Notes under the pieces: model-generated
The model's input: the letters and a program-made list of their open reading frames with translations, nothing else
Databases searched by the model: none
What the model was told of the DNA's origin: nothing
Position numbers and translations under genes: made by a program
Assembly (NCBI GenBank): GCA_965116905.1
Contig: OZ220732.1
Location: 3,232,001-3,296,000 of the forward strand
Direction of reading: 5' to 3'
DNA: 64,000 nucleotides
DNA from: Longimicrobiales bacterium
Lineage (GTDB): Bacteria; Gemmatimonadota; Gemmatimonadetes; Longimicrobiales; Gaopeijiaceae
Shown: piece after piece, positions 37,479-47,944 of the stretch
Layout: the number at the start of each line of letters is the position of its first letter
Position numbering within the stretch: the stretch's first letter is position 1

Positions 37479-39020
37479 TCAGAGGATGTAGCGGCTGAGG
37501 TCGTCATCGGAGGCGATGCGATCCAGCCGTTTCCTGACGAACGCCTCGGTCACCACGACCGTCTCGCCGCGCTGTTCATCGGGGAGGTCGAAGAGCAGCT
37601 CCTCCAACAGCGTGGTGAGAACGGTGCGGAGCCGGCGGGCGCCGATATTCTCCATGCGATCGTTGAGATCCGCCGCGATCCGGGAGATCTCTTCGATCCC
37701 GTCGTCCGTGAACTCGACCGACGCACCCTCCGTCTCGACCAGCGCGCTGTATTGGCGGACCAGTGCGTTGCGGGGCTCGCGCAGGATCCGCGCGAATTCG
37801 GCGGCGCCCAGGTTCTGGAGTTCCACCCGGATCGGGAAACGGCCCTGCAGCTCGGGGATGAGGTCGGACGGCTTCGCCACGTGGAAGGCCCCGGCAGCGA
37901 TGAAGAGCATGTGATCGGTGCGGACGAAGCCGTACTTGGTCTGAACGTTGCAGCCCTCCACGATCGGGAGCAGGTCTCGCTGGACCCCCTCCCGGCTCAC
38001 GTCGGGACCCGTGCCGGCGCGCTTGCCCGCGACCTTGTCGATCTCGTCGAGGAAGATGATCCCGATTTCCTCGGCGCGATCCAGCGCCTCGTTCACCACC
38101 TCGTCCATGTCCACCAGGCGATCCAGCTCCTCCTGGAGCAGCACGCGCCTCGCCTCGCCGATGGTCACCGTGCGGCGCTTCGACCGCTTCGGCAACATGT
38201 CCTGGAGCATTTCCGTGAACTGGAGATCCATGCCCTCCATCCCGCCCACCGGGAACATCATCCCGCCCATGGGCGAGTTCTGCTGGACGTCCAGCTCGAC
38301 CGTACGATCTTCCAGGTGGCCCTCGCGAAGCAGTTTGCGCAGCTTCTCCCTCGTTCGGGCCCGCCGTTCGGCGATCGACGCGTCGCCGTTGGGGTCGGCC
38401 CCACGGGCGCGCGATGTGCCACCCGGCCCCGCGACGAAGACCTTGCCGGGAGACTGCGGACCGGCCGCGGGCCGCGCCGGCTTCGAGTCGTCGGCCCGGC
38501 CCTGCGCCGAGGGTGCCGAGGGCACGGCCGAATCGGGGAGGAGGAGGTCGAGCAGCCGCTCTTCCACCAACCGCTCGGCCTCGGCCTCGACTTCGTCTTC
38601 GCGGCTCGCCCTGACCATTGCCACGGCCGTGTCGACCAGGTCGCGGACCATGGACTCGACGTCCCGGCCCACATAGCCGACTTCGGTGAACTTGGAGGCC
38701 TCGACCTTGACGAACGGCGAGCCTGCCAGCCTGGCGAGGCGCCGTGCGATTTCGGTCTTCCCCACCCCGGTAGGCCCGATCATGATGAGGTTGTTCGGCA
38801 GGATTTCCTCGCGCAACTCGTCTTCCACCTGCTGCCGCCGCCAGCGATTGCGGAGCGCGATGGCAACCGCCTTCTTCGCCTCGTCCTGGCCGATGATGTA
38901 CTTGTCGAGTTCGGCTACGACCTCACGGGGCGTGAGCTGATCGAGCCAGCGGGGGCCCTCCTCCTGCGACGCCTGCTCGACGGGCGCGGAAGTGTCGGCG
39001 GAAGCGGTTGCTGATGTCAT
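37479..39020 (-). CDS. hslU: HslU ATPase
   Basis: [31 protein letters not shown] and ENIGARRL. Confidence 0.98.
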   Translation of the reverse strand: MTSATASADTSAPVEQASQEEGPRWLDQLTPREVVAELDKYIIGQDEAKKAVAIALRNRWRRQQVEDELREEILPNNLIMIGPTGVGKTEIARRLARLAGSPFVKVEASKFTEVGYVGRDVESMVRDLVDTAVAMVRASREDEVEAEAERLVEERLLDLLLPDSAVPSAPSAQGRADDSKPARPAAGPQSPGKVFVAGPGGTSRARGADPNGDASIAERRARTREKLRKLLREGHLEDRTVELDVQQNSPMGGMMFPVGGMEGMDLQFTEMLQDMLPKRSKRRTVTIGEARRVLLQEELDRLVDMDEVVNEALDRAEEIGIIFLDEIDKVAGKRAGTGPDVSREGVQRDLLPIVEGCNVQTKYGFVRTDHMLFIAAGAFHVAKPSDLIPELQGRFPIRVELQNLGAAEFARILREPRNALVRQYSALVETEGASVEFTDDGIEEISRIAADLNDRMENIGARRLRTVLTTLLEELLFDLPDEQRGETVVVTEAFVRKRLDRIASDDDLSRYIL

Positions 39021-39586
39021 GCTGGGTCCAGTTCCAGGACGGTAATCTCGCGATTCGTGTACACGCAGATGTCGGCGGCGATCTCCAGCGCGCGGCGGGC
39101 GATCCCGGCGGCCTCCATGTCGGAGCTATCGAGGAGAGCGCGGGCGGCGGCCAGCGCATACGCGCCCCCCGAGCCGATGGCGAGCACCGGCTTGTCGGGC
39201 TCGATGACGTTGCCGTCACCGCCCACCAGGAAAAGGTGGTCCCGGTCGGCGACCGCGAGGAGGGCCTCGAGGCGGCGGAGGTAGCGGTCGGTCCGCCATT
39301 CCTTGGCCAGCTCGACACACGCCCTCGGCAGGTTCGACGGCCATCGTTCCAGCTTGCCCTCCAGCTTCGCGAACAGGGTGAAGGCGTCGGCCACCGCCCC
39401 CGCGAAGCCTGCGAGCACGCGCCCCTCCTTCAGCAGCCTGACCTTGCGCGCTTCTCCCTTGACCACGGTGTCTCCCATTGTCACCTGCCCGTCACCCGCC
39501 ATGGCGACACGGCCGCCGCGGGCCACCGCGATCACGGTGGTAGCGTGGACGGAGGCACCCGGGACAAGCGATGACGCGGGCTTCAT
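39017..39586 (-). CDS. hslV: HslV protease
   Basis: HATTVIAV (catalytic Thr), AGDGQVT and AIGSGG. Confidence 0.98.
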   Translation of the reverse strand: MKPASSLVPGASVHATTVIAVARGGRVAMAGDGQVTMGDTVVKGEARKVRLLKEGRVLAGFAGAVADAFTLFAKLEGKLERWPSNLPRACVELAKEWRTDRYLRRLEALLAVADRDHLFLVGGDGNVIEPDKPVLAIGSGGAYALAAARALLDSSDMEAAGIARRALEIAADICVYTNREITVLELDPA

Positions 39587-39691
39587 TCGCAGGGGGCTCC
39601 AGGATGGTCGGGCGTTGCGGTTCGAGCGCAGCGGACGCGGAGGCTCAACGGCAGCACGAGGGGGTGTAGCCTTAAAAGCTAGGTACGGTCA

Positions 39692-39745
39692 TCCACGGCC
39701 GGAAGTCCACGGCCGGAATCCGCGACCGAAATCCACGGCCGGAAG
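39692..39745. repeat. Four copies of a 13-14-bp tandem repeat between xerC and hslV
   Basis: tccacggccggaa(g) at 39692, 39706 and 39732, with a degenerate copy at 39719. Confidence 0.85.
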
Positions 39746-39756
39746 TGCTCGGCCTG

Positions 39757-40662
39757 CTAGGCTCGTGGATGCGCACCCTTGTAGACGCGCCGGAGCCGCT
39801 CCTTCGAGGTGTGGGCATAGATCTGGGTGGTGCTCAGTGACGCGTGGCCCAGCAACTCCTTGACCGCCATGAGATCGGCGCCCGCGTCGAGGAGGTGGGT
39901 GGCAAAGCTGTGGCGGAGCGAATGGACGGACAGGCCCGAGGCGTCGGCAAAGGCCGCGAGGACCTGTCGAACGTATCGCTGGATCTGCCTGTTGGACAGG
40001 CGGCGGCCGTGACGCCCCACCAGCAGGGCCCTGGAGTCGCTCCGCGCCACCTCTGCACGGCGGGGGAGGTAGCCGGCCACGGCGCGCGCGGCTGAGTCCG
40101 TGACCGGCACGATACGTTCCTTCCGGCCCTTCCCGAACACGCGCATCTGACCCCGCGCAAGATCGAGGGACCGGAGGTTTAGCGCACTCAGCTCCGCGAG
40201 GCGGATCCCGCTGCCGTACAGCAGTTCGAGAATGACCAGTAGACGGGTCTCGACCAGACCGTTCTCCTCGGCCGCCCGTACCTCCGCCCAGCGAAAGAGC
40301 TCGGACATCTCCTCGGTTCGCACGTGGGCGGGCAGCGTACGGTCGAGCTTCGGGCCGCGGACGGGGCGGGCCGGGTTCGACGGGATCTCCCCCTCCCGAT
40401 GCAGGTAGCGAAACAGTCCCCGCACCGCCGACAGCTTGCGGGCGACCGTGCGGGGCGCCAGCCCGCGGCGTCCCGCGTCGCCCAGGAAGGCACGAATGAC
40501 GCTCCGGTCGATGTCGTCCCACCTGAAGTCGTCGCGACCCAGGTGGCGGCCGGCGAAGGCCTCGAGATCGCCGAGGTCCCGGCGATAGGCCGCGACCGTG
40601 TGGGCAGACAGATTGCGAGCGACCTCCAGGTGTTCGAGGAAGCGCACGGTCTCCCGCCTCAT
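39757..40662 (-). CDS. xerC: Tyrosine recombinase XerC
   Basis: GIRLAEL, GKGRKER, HSLRHSFATHLL and LGHASLSTTQIY; sits in the housekeeping trmFO-hslV context. Confidence 0.93.
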   Translation of the reverse strand: MRRETVRFLEHLEVARNLSAHTVAAYRRDLGDLEAFAGRHLGRDDFRWDDIDRSVIRAFLGDAGRRGLAPRTVARKLSAVRGLFRYLHREGEIPSNPARPVRGPKLDRTLPAHVRTEEMSELFRWAEVRAAEENGLVETRLLVILELLYGSGIRLAELSALNLRSLDLARGQMRVFGKGRKERIVPVTDSAARAVAGYLPRRAEVARSDSRALLVGRHGRRLSNRQIQRYVRQVLAAFADASGLSVHSLRHSFATHLLDAGADLMAVKELLGHASLSTTQIYAHTSKERLRRVYKGAHPRA

Positions 40663-41987
40663 GCCACTGCCGCTCTCCCGGGTGCCGCACCTGTTTCCGC
40701 GACCCAGCGCCGAAAGCATCGATCCGCGCGCTCCGCCAGCGCCTCCCGGCGCGCCGCCTTCGTCCGCGGGGCGTCCGGAAGGGGATCTACCAGTCCCCAG
40801 TTCGAATTCATTGGCTGAAAGTCCGTCGGATCCGCGTCCCTCAGGTAGCGGTAGAGGCCTCCAAGCATGGTCTGCGGGGGCGGGACGACCGGATCCGCTC
40901 CGCTGAGCACGCGATCCAGGTTCACGGCCGCCAGGATTCCGGAAGCGGCGGACTCGGTGTACCCCTCCACGCCCGTCAGCTGGCCCGCGAAGAACAGGTC
41001 CGGGCGGCTGCGCGACGATCCGCCGGGGTCAAGGCACGCCGGAAAGTTCAGATAGGTGTTGCGGTGGATGGATCCCCAGCGCAGGAACTCGGCGTCCCCG
41101 AGCCCGGGAATCATGGTGAAGACGCGCCGCTGTTCCCCGGTCCGCAACCGGGTCTGGAAACCGACCAGGTTCCACATCTGACCAGCGCGATCTTCCCGTC
41201 GCAACTGCACAACCGCGTGGGGGCGCCGACCGGTACGTGGATCCGCCAGCCCGACCGGCTTCATGGGGCCGAAACGGAGGGTGTCGTGGCCACGCGCGGC
41301 CATGACCTCGATGGGCAGACACCCCTCGAAGTACGGAACCCTGTCCCAGTCGTGACCCTCGTACACGTCGGCGCAGCGCAGCGCCTTGAGAAAAGCGTCG
41401 TACTCGGACTCGTTCATGGGGCAATTCAGGTAGTCGGCGTCCTGGCCGTACCGCCCCGCCGCAAACGCTACCCCGCGGTCCACCGAATCGGCGTGGACGA
41501 TCGGGGCGATGGCATCGTAGAAGGCCAGTCCGCCCTCACCCAGTTCGGCGGCGATGCTGGCCGCCATGTCCGCCGACGTGAGGGGACCGGTCGCGACGAC
41601 CGTGGGCCCCTCCGGAATCCTCCGTGCCTCTTCGCGCTCGATCCTGATGCCGGCGTGCCCTGCGACGCGACTCGTGAGAGCCCGGGCAAACAGCCTCCGA
41701 TCCACCGCCAGAGCGGCTCCCGCCGGCACCCTGCTCTCCTCGGCGGCCGCAAGAAGCGCCGATTCCAGGCACCTCATCTCGCGTTTCAGCTGACCATGTG
41801 CGGTAGTGGGGCGCTCGTTCTTGAAGGAGTTGGTGCAAACCAGTTCGCCGAGATCCCCGGTCTGATGTGCGGGAGTCGTCCTGTTCGGCCGCATCTCGAC
41901 GAGCCGCACGGACCGGCCCCGCCTCGCCAGCGCCAACGCGGCCTCGCATCCCGCGAGACCTCCGCCGACCACGGTGACAACGCTCAT
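40659..41987 (-). CDS. trmFO: Folate/FAD-dependent tRNA (uracil-54) methyltransferase
   Basis: VGGGLAGCEAA, ELVCTNS, FEGCLPIE and AGQLTGVEGYTES. Confidence 0.97.
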   Translation of the reverse strand: MSVVTVVGGGLAGCEAALALARRGRSVRLVEMRPNRTTPAHQTGDLGELVCTNSFKNERPTTAHGQLKREMRCLESALLAAAEESRVPAGAALAVDRRLFARALTSRVAGHAGIRIEREEARRIPEGPTVVATGPLTSADMAASIAAELGEGGLAFYDAIAPIVHADSVDRGVAFAAGRYGQDADYLNCPMNESEYDAFLKALRCADVYEGHDWDRVPYFEGCLPIEVMAARGHDTLRFGPMKPVGLADPRTGRRPHAVVQLRREDRAGQMWNLVGFQTRLRTGEQRRVFTMIPGLGDAEFLRWGSIHRNTYLNFPACLDPGGSSRSRPDLFFAGQLTGVEGYTESAASGILAAVNLDRVLSGADPVVPPPQTMLGGLYRYLRDADPTDFQPMNSNWGLVDPLPDAPRTKAARREALAERADRCFRRWVAETGAAPGRAAVA

Positions 41988-41997
41988 CCGAGCCCGC

Positions 41998-44646
41998 TCA
42001 GCCCCTTCTGGTCCTGGCCGCCCGCCGTCTGGCCGGGCGCCGTGTCCTTTTTCGCTTGGCGGCGCGGGCAAGGAGTTCAACGGCCTCGTCAAGCGTCGTG
42101 GATTCCGCTTCGCGATCCCTGGGCACACTGGCATTGACGGCGCCGTCGGTCACGTACGGGCCGTAGCGTCCGTCGAGCAGCTCCACTTCGGCGCCGGATT
42201 CCGGGTGCGCGCCAAGACGCTTGAGCACGGTCCTTCCCCTCCTGGAGGTCTTCTTGACGGCCAACCGTGCCAGTGCCTCTTCCAGCGTGACCGTAAACAA
42301 CTGGTCCGCAGACTCGAGACTGCGGTATTCCTTTCCGATCGCGACATAGGGACCGTACCGCCCCAGCCCCGCCCTGACCTCACTGCCGCTCTTCGGATCG
42401 GTGCCGAGCACGCGCGGCAGCGACAGCAGGCGCAGCGCAAACTCGAGGGTGACGTCCGACGCGTCCATGCCCTTCGGCAGCCCGACCAGACGCGGCTTGG
42501 CGCCGCCGCTCCGAGCCCGGCCGAGTTGAACATAGGGACCATAGGGTCCGACTCGGAGGAAGACAGGGGACTCCGAATCGGGGTCGGTTCCGAGGAGCTC
42601 GCCGCCCTGGGCTCCGGCCGCGAGAAGCTCCGCGGCCTTCTCAACGGTGAGCTCGTCGATCAGAAGCTCAGCGGGGATCGTCGCGCGGCTCGCCGCCTCA
42701 CCCGCCCCCCTCTCGGCGAAAACCGAGCTCTTGCCGATTCGAACCCGGATCGGCTCCCCCGTCCCGGGGTCGATCCCCAGAGGTATCCTGGGAAAGTCGA
42801 TGCTCGGCAGCGTGGTGTCGATTTCGCGAGCCAGTCCGGGGCGCTCCCCTTCACCATTGTAGAAGGCCTCGAGGAAGCCCCGGGACTCCGCCTGGCCTGC
42901 CGCGATGTCGTCCAGCGAGTCCTCCATCCGGGCGGTAAAGCCGAGGTCGATGTACCTCCCGAAATGTTCACGCAGCAGCTGGATGACAGCCATTCCTATG
43001 TACGTGGGTACGAGCGCCCCGCCCCGTTTCCGCACATAGTCGCGGTCCTGGATCGTCGAGATGGTGGGCGTGTAGGTCGATGGCCGTCCGATGCCTTCAT
43101 CCTCCAGCTTCCGCACCAGAGAAGCCTCCGTGTAGCGGGGCGGAGGCCGGGTCTCGCGGCGATCCGGCTCGACCGAGCGGAGAACGACGGAGGAGGCACC
43201 TGAGTCCGTGGCCGAAGCGTCCGCCTCTGCGAAGACCCTTTCGCCCTCCGACATGGATGGAAGGAGCTGGTCCTTGCGCCTGTCGCCGTACACCCTCAGG
43301 TGGCCCGCGAACCGCAGCACCGACCCCGTGGCCCGAAACGTGTGGTCGACGCCGTCAATCGAGGCCACAAAATCGACCGTGGTTCGGTCGACGCGGGCGT
43401 CGGCCATCTGGGAGGCGACCGTGCGGCTCCAGATCAGCCGGTACAGAAACAGTTCGTCCCGTCCGAGGAATCGCTCAAGGTCCGCGGGGACGCGTCCGAT
43501 CTCCGTCGGGCGGATCCCCTCGTGGGCTTCCTGCGCGATCTTGGACCTGGTTCTGTAGCGCCTCGGACCCTGGTGGTATTCGGCACCGAACGCCTGCTTG
43601 ATGTAACGGCCGGCATCGCCGAGGGCCTTATTGGAAAGGGTGACCGAATCGGTCCTCATGTAGGTGATCAACCCCTCGCGGTCCCCACCGCCTAGATCGA
43701 TTCCCTCGTAGAGCCGTTGCGCCACGCGCATCGTTTGCCTTGGTGACATTCGCAGCCGACCGGCCGCCGCCTGTTGCAGCGTCGATGTGGTGAAGGGCGG
43801 TGCGGGCCTCTGCGTGGTGGATTTCCGGTTGACGGTCCCGACTTCCCAGGGCAGAGCGGCCGGCGCTGCCGCCACGATCGCTTCAGCCGCCTGCCGATTC
43901 AGGGCAACGACACGCCGCGATGAGGCGAGTTCTCCGGTCGACGGATCGAAATCCTTGCCCGTCGCCAGGCGCTTGTCGCCGATGGATGTCAGCAAGGCCG
44001 AGAACTCCTGGTCGCCCTTGCAAAGCACCGCCCTGGCCCGCCAGTACTCGGACACCGCGAAGCGGCGCCGTTCCTCCTCACGCTCGACGATGAGCCGCAG
44101 CGCCACGCTTTGAACGCGGCCCGCGCTCAGTTTCGTGCGCACCTTCTTCCACAGCACCGGTGAAAGGCTGTAGCCGTACAAGCGGTCCAGAATGCGACGA
44201 GCCTCCTGCGCCTGAACCAGCCGCCGGTTGACCTGGCCCGGGTTCGCAAGTGCCGCCTCGACGGCCGAACGCGTAATCTCGTGGAAGGCGATCCGGCGGA
44301 CCGGTACGGAAGGCTCCAGTACCTCGACGAGGTGCCAACTGATCGACTCGCCCTCACGGTCTTCATCGGTGGCCAGGAGTACTTCGTCGGCGTCGCGGAG
44401 GAGCTTCTTCAGCTCGCGGACGTGTCTCCGACTCTCCTCCGGCACGACGTAGACGGGCGTGAAGCCGTCTTCCACGTTCACCGCCATGCGGCCCCACTTC
44501 TTGTCGCGTATGGAGCCGGGAATCTCCCTGGCTGAACGCGGCAGGTCCCGGATGTGCCCATAGGAAGCATGCACCCGGTATTCCGGACCCAGGAACCTCG
44601 CAATCGTTTTCGCCTTCGCAGGCGACTCCACAATGACCAGCTTCAC
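41998..44646 (-). CDS. topA: DNA topoisomerase I with Cys-free C-terminal repeats
   Basis: LVIVESPAKAKTI, DEDREGE, SAGRVQS, ITYMRTDS, GIGRPST and G(R/P)YGPYV repeats. Confidence 0.98.
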   Translation of the reverse strand: MKLVIVESPAKAKTIARFLGPEYRVHASYGHIRDLPRSAREIPGSIRDKKWGRMAVNVEDGFTPVYVVPEESRRHVRELKKLLRDADEVLLATDEDREGESISWHLVEVLEPSVPVRRIAFHEITRSAVEAALANPGQVNRRLVQAQEARRILDRLYGYSLSPVLWKKVRTKLSAGRVQSVALRLIVEREEERRRFAVSEYWRARAVLCKGDQEFSALLTSIGDKRLATGKDFDPSTGELASSRRVVALNRQAAEAIVAAAPAALPWEVGTVNRKSTTQRPAPPFTTSTLQQAAAGRLRMSPRQTMRVAQRLYEGIDLGGGDREGLITYMRTDSVTLSNKALGDAGRYIKQAFGAEYHQGPRRYRTRSKIAQEAHEGIRPTEIGRVPADLERFLGRDELFLYRLIWSRTVASQMADARVDRTTVDFVASIDGVDHTFRATGSVLRFAGHLRVYGDRRKDQLLPSMSEGERVFAEADASATDSGASSVVLRSVEPDRRETRPPPRYTEASLVRKLEDEGIGRPSTYTPTISTIQDRDYVRKRGGALVPTYIGMAVIQLLREHFGRYIDLGFTARMEDSLDDIAAGQAESRGFLEAFYNGEGERPGLAREIDTTLPSIDFPRIPLGIDPGTGEPIRVRIGKSSVFAERGAGEAASRATIPAELLIDELTVEKAAELLAAGAQGGELLGTDPDSESPVFLRVGPYGPYVQLGRARSGGAKPRLVGLPKGMDASDVTLEFALRLLSLPRVLGTDPKSGSEVRAGLGRYGPYVAIGKEYRSLESADQLFTVTLEEALARLAVKKTSRRGRTVLKRLGAHPESGAEVELLDGRYGPYVTDGAVNASVPRDREAESTTLDEAVELLARAAKRKRTRRPARRRAARTRRG

Positions 44647-44648
44647 TC

Positions 44649-45224
44649 TCACTCCTCCATGCCCGCCCCGCACAAGACCGGTTGTCGCAGGATCTCCCGC
44701 ACGATCTGTGCGGGCGACCTGTCCTCGGTGTCGATTGTAATATGACTCCGTCGATAGTGGGCAGTTCGCGCCCGCAGCAAACGCTGCGCAGCTACGAGTG
44801 GGTCCTCCACGTCCAGTAGCGGTCGCGAGCGCCGCGCAGTGCGCGTCCTGGCCAGCGCGGTTTCCGGAGTCACCCGCAGCCAGACCGCCACCGAGTGTTC
44901 GTCGATCAGGTCCATGTGACCCGGCTCGGCGGCCCAGCCGCCACCCATGGCCAACACGACCTGGCGACGCCGAAGGACGCGCCGCCCGGCCCTCGACTCC
45001 AATTCCCTGAAACGTTCCACTCCGCGGCTGCGGATCAGTTCCCCCGCGGACGAACCCTCCGCTTGTCCCACCTCCACGTCAAGATCCACGAAGCGCCAGC
45101 CGAGCGTTCGGGCGAGAACCGGGCCCACCGTAGATTTTCCGGCCCCCATGAAGCCGATCAATACGATGCGCTCCACCGTCCCGGCCGGAACCGGCGGCAC
45201 CGACGCCACGCTGCGCTCCGGCAT
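44649..45224 (-). CDS. aroK: Shikimate kinase
   Basis: LIGFMGAGKST, DLD, FRELE, MGGG and RPLL. Confidence 0.95.
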   Translation of the reverse strand: MPERSVASVPPVPAGTVERIVLIGFMGAGKSTVGPVLARTLGWRFVDLDVEVGQAEGSSAGELIRSRGVERFRELESRAGRRVLRRRQVVLAMGGGWAAEPGHMDLIDEHSVAVWLRVTPETALARTRTARRSRPLLDVEDPLVAAQRLLRARTAHYRRSHITIDTEDRSPAQIVREILRQPVLCGAGMEE

Positions 45225-46456
45225 CACCCGTGCTCCGGCCCTCGCTCCCGAAAGCCGCGGGAGTTGAGTCGGTCCACGTAGGAATCCAGATTCCGCCTGA
45301 ATTCCCCGAGCGAGTCGCCCCCGAATTTCTCCATCATGGCGTCGGCCACCACAAGCGCCACCATGGCCTCCGCGACCACGGCGGCCGCCGGCACCGCGCA
45401 CACGTCGCTGCGCTCGACCGTGGCATGCCTGGTCGTCCCGTCCCGCAGATCCACACTGGGAAGCCGATTGCGGAGAAGCGTGGAAATGGGCTTCATCGCC
45501 CCCCGCACAACCAGGGGCGAGCCCGTGGTCACACCGCCCTCGAGTCCGCCGGAACGGTTGCGAGAACGTCGGAAACCTCCGGACCGGGTGCGGGTTTCGT
45601 CCCGGTGGATTGGATCGTGCACGCGGGAACCCGGTCGACCCGCATTGATGAATGCCGGGCCGATCTCGACGCCCTTGATCGCGTGAACGGACATGACCGC
45701 CTGTGCCAGCCGCCCGTCCAGCTTGCGGTCCCACGCCACGTAGCTGCCCAGGCCTACCGGCAAGCCCCTCACCACGACCTCGAAGCACCCGCCCAGGGTG
45801 TCTCCCGCCTTCTTCGCCGCCTCGATCGCCGAGATCATCTCGGTCTCGGCGGCCGGATCCAATGTGCGCACCGGAGAGGGATCGGCGGCACCGTTGAGGT
45901 CCGTCGGCAGCTCGCCCGGGACCTGGGCCTCTACCTCACCGATACGTGTCACGTGGCTGCCCAGTGTCGTCCCGACCTCCCGCAGGAGGACCTTGGCCAC
46001 GGCGCCGCAAGCTACCCGGGCGGCGGTCTCGCGGGCAGACGCCCGCTCGAGTACATCCCTGGCGTCCCGCCGATCGTACTTCAGCACTCCGGCCAGATCG
46101 GCGTGGCCGGGCCGGGGCAGGTACACGGGACGCAGCGCCTTGGGATTCCCTTCCGGGTCGGGCGGCTCGTGGGCCATCGCGGTGTTCCAGTTTTCCCAGT
46201 CACGGTTCCAGATCAGCATCGAAAGCGGCGAACCCAGCGTCGAGCCCAACCGCAGTCCCGACATGATCTCCGCCCGGTCGGACTCGATCAGCATGCGCCG
46301 CCCTCGGCCGTAGCCCCCCTGTCGGCGTTTCAGGTCCGGGTCGATGTCACGAACGGGATCGAGAGGCATCCCTGCAGGCAACCCCTCCAGGATGGCTACG
46401 AGGCCGCGGCCATGGGACTCTCCGGCGGTACGGAAGGAAACGTGATCCAGGGGCAT
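45224..46456 (-). CDS. aroC: Chorismate synthase
   Basis: TAGESHG, RPGHAD, ERASARET and MKPISTL. Confidence 0.98.
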   Translation of the reverse strand: MPLDHVSFRTAGESHGRGLVAILEGLPAGMPLDPVRDIDPDLKRRQGGYGRGRRMLIESDRAEIMSGLRLGSTLGSPLSMLIWNRDWENWNTAMAHEPPDPEGNPKALRPVYLPRPGHADLAGVLKYDRRDARDVLERASARETAARVACGAVAKVLLREVGTTLGSHVTRIGEVEAQVPGELPTDLNGAADPSPVRTLDPAAETEMISAIEAAKKAGDTLGGCFEVVVRGLPVGLGSYVAWDRKLDGRLAQAVMSVHAIKGVEIGPAFINAGRPGSRVHDPIHRDETRTRSGGFRRSRNRSGGLEGGVTTGSPLVVRGAMKPISTLLRNRLPSVDLRDGTTRHATVERSDVCAVPAAAVVAEAMVALVVADAMMEKFGGDSLGEFRRNLDSYVDRLNSRGFRERGPEHG

Positions 46457-46531
46457 GGGGGAGGCGGGCGGAGGGTGTGTTGGGGTACCGGCACCCGATT
46501 ACCGGGTTTCCATAGATAGCAAAGGGCTCGG

Positions 46532-47944
46532 TTACGGGGAAGCCGCACGCACGATCGTGGGCGTGACGAGGATCAGCAGGTCGCGCTGCACTGACGACTC
46601 GCGGCGGGTGCGGAAAAGCCGCCCCAACAGCGGAAGGTCCATCAGCACGGGAACGCCCGACAGGACCTCCCCGGTCTCGTCCACGGTCAGGCCTCCGATG
46701 ACCACGGTCTCGCCGTCCCTCACCAGCACCCGCGACTCCGCTTTCTGTCGGCGAAAGATCAGACCGACGTCCGACGGTGCCAGGTCCGCCGAGGAACGTT
46801 CGGCGGCAAGGTCGAGCATGATCTCGTCCGCGTCGGTGATCCGGGGAGTGACCTCGAGGATCACTCCGGTCTCCTTGTAGTCCACAGTGGCGACAGGGAC
46901 CGTGCTCCGGGTCCCGACGGCCCCGTTCGCTTGAAGCTGCGCCCCCGCGTCGATCACTCTGACCGGCGTTTCTTCACCCACGACGATTCTCGCTGTGCGG
47001 TTGTCCATCACCCGCACGGAAGGCCGTGCCTCCACATCCGTCAACTGAGCCGCTTCAAGGGCATCGATGAAACCGACGAGTGTACTCCGCCCGATCACAA
47101 GCGAGGTAAGCAGCGACAGGGTCGGATTCGCGACCCGGTTGGTCGCGTTGCCCAGAGCCGCAAGCGAGTTTCCGCCGAGAGAGACCACGTCGGTCCCGGC
47201 TTCGGCCTGCCGTTCGGTGGCCGAAACGACCCCGTCTCCATCGACGTCGATGGCCCCCGGGACAAGCAGGTTGAGCTGGTTGCCATCGGTGTCCTTGAGG
47301 TCGTACGTGATCCCGAAGCCCGCCAGCCCCGACCGGTTGACGAAGATGATCTCGGCGGCGATATCCACCTGCCGCGCCCGTACATCGAGATCGCCGACGA
47401 GGCGCCGAGCCGACTCCACCACTCTCGGGATGTCACTCACGACAAGTGTATTGCTCGCCGGGCTCACCGAGACGCGGCCTCGATCACTCAGGAGCGCCGC
47501 GATCAGATCCTGCAACTCCAGCGCGTCTCCGTACCGCACCCTCAGCGGCTCGGTGACGATGGGCAGCACGGATTCGCGGTCGAAAGCACCCCGCATGTCG
47601 AGCACGAGGATGATGCCGCTCTCCTGCTCGTATGCGACGAGCCCATGAGCGTCGAGGAGCGCGTCAAGCGCAACGTTCCACGGCTGGTCCCTAATCTCGG
47701 CGGACACGAGCCGGTCCACACCGGTTCCCGGGATGATCGAGCGATTCGCGAACTCGGCAAAGGTGAAGAGGACATCGCGGATGGGCGTCTCGTCAAAGAA
47801 CACCGAGATCGGCTGGCCGGTCTCCGCTGCGGAGACGCCGGACGGGGGATCGGCCTGCCCGCTGGCTTCGGCCGCGGCGCCGACGGCCGCCGATGTGAGC
47901 ACGGCAAGGTACAGCGACCGCAGGTGGATCCGGATGGAGCTCAT
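46532..47944 (-). CDS. pilQ: Type IV pilus secretin, short form without AMIN domains
   Basis: Signal peptide, QPW.ALD N0 domain, SNTLVVSD, QVDIAAEI, LEVTPRI, GETVVIGG, GVPVLMDLPLLGRLF and LLILVTP. Confidence 0.93.
   Translation of the reverse strand: MSSIRIHLRSLYLAVLTSAAVGAAAEASGQADPPSGVSAAETGQPISVFFDETPIRDVLFTFAEFANRSIIPGTGVDRLVSAEIRDQPWNVALDALLDAHGLVAYEQESGIILVLDMRGAFDRESVLPIVTEPLRVRYGDALELQDLIAALLSDRGRVSVSPASNTLVVSDIPRVVESARRLVGDLDVRARQVDIAAEIIFVNRSGLAGFGITYDLKDTDGNQLNLLVPGAIDVDGDGVVSATERQAEAGTDVVSLGGNSLAALGNATNRVANPTLSLLTSLVIGRSTLVGFIDALEAAQLTDVEARPSVRVMDNRTARIVVGEETPVRVIDAGAQLQANGAVGTRSTVPVATVDYKETGVILEVTPRITDADEIMLDLAAERSSADLAPSDVGLIFRRQKAESRVLVRDGETVVIGGLTVDETGEVLSGVPVLMDLPLLGRLFRTRRESSVQRDLLILVTPTIVRAASP

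Noticed and set aside
39757..40662. Prophage or island integrase
   Set aside because: The sequence and the trmFO-hslV context indicate chromosomal XerC, with no phage genes or att sites.
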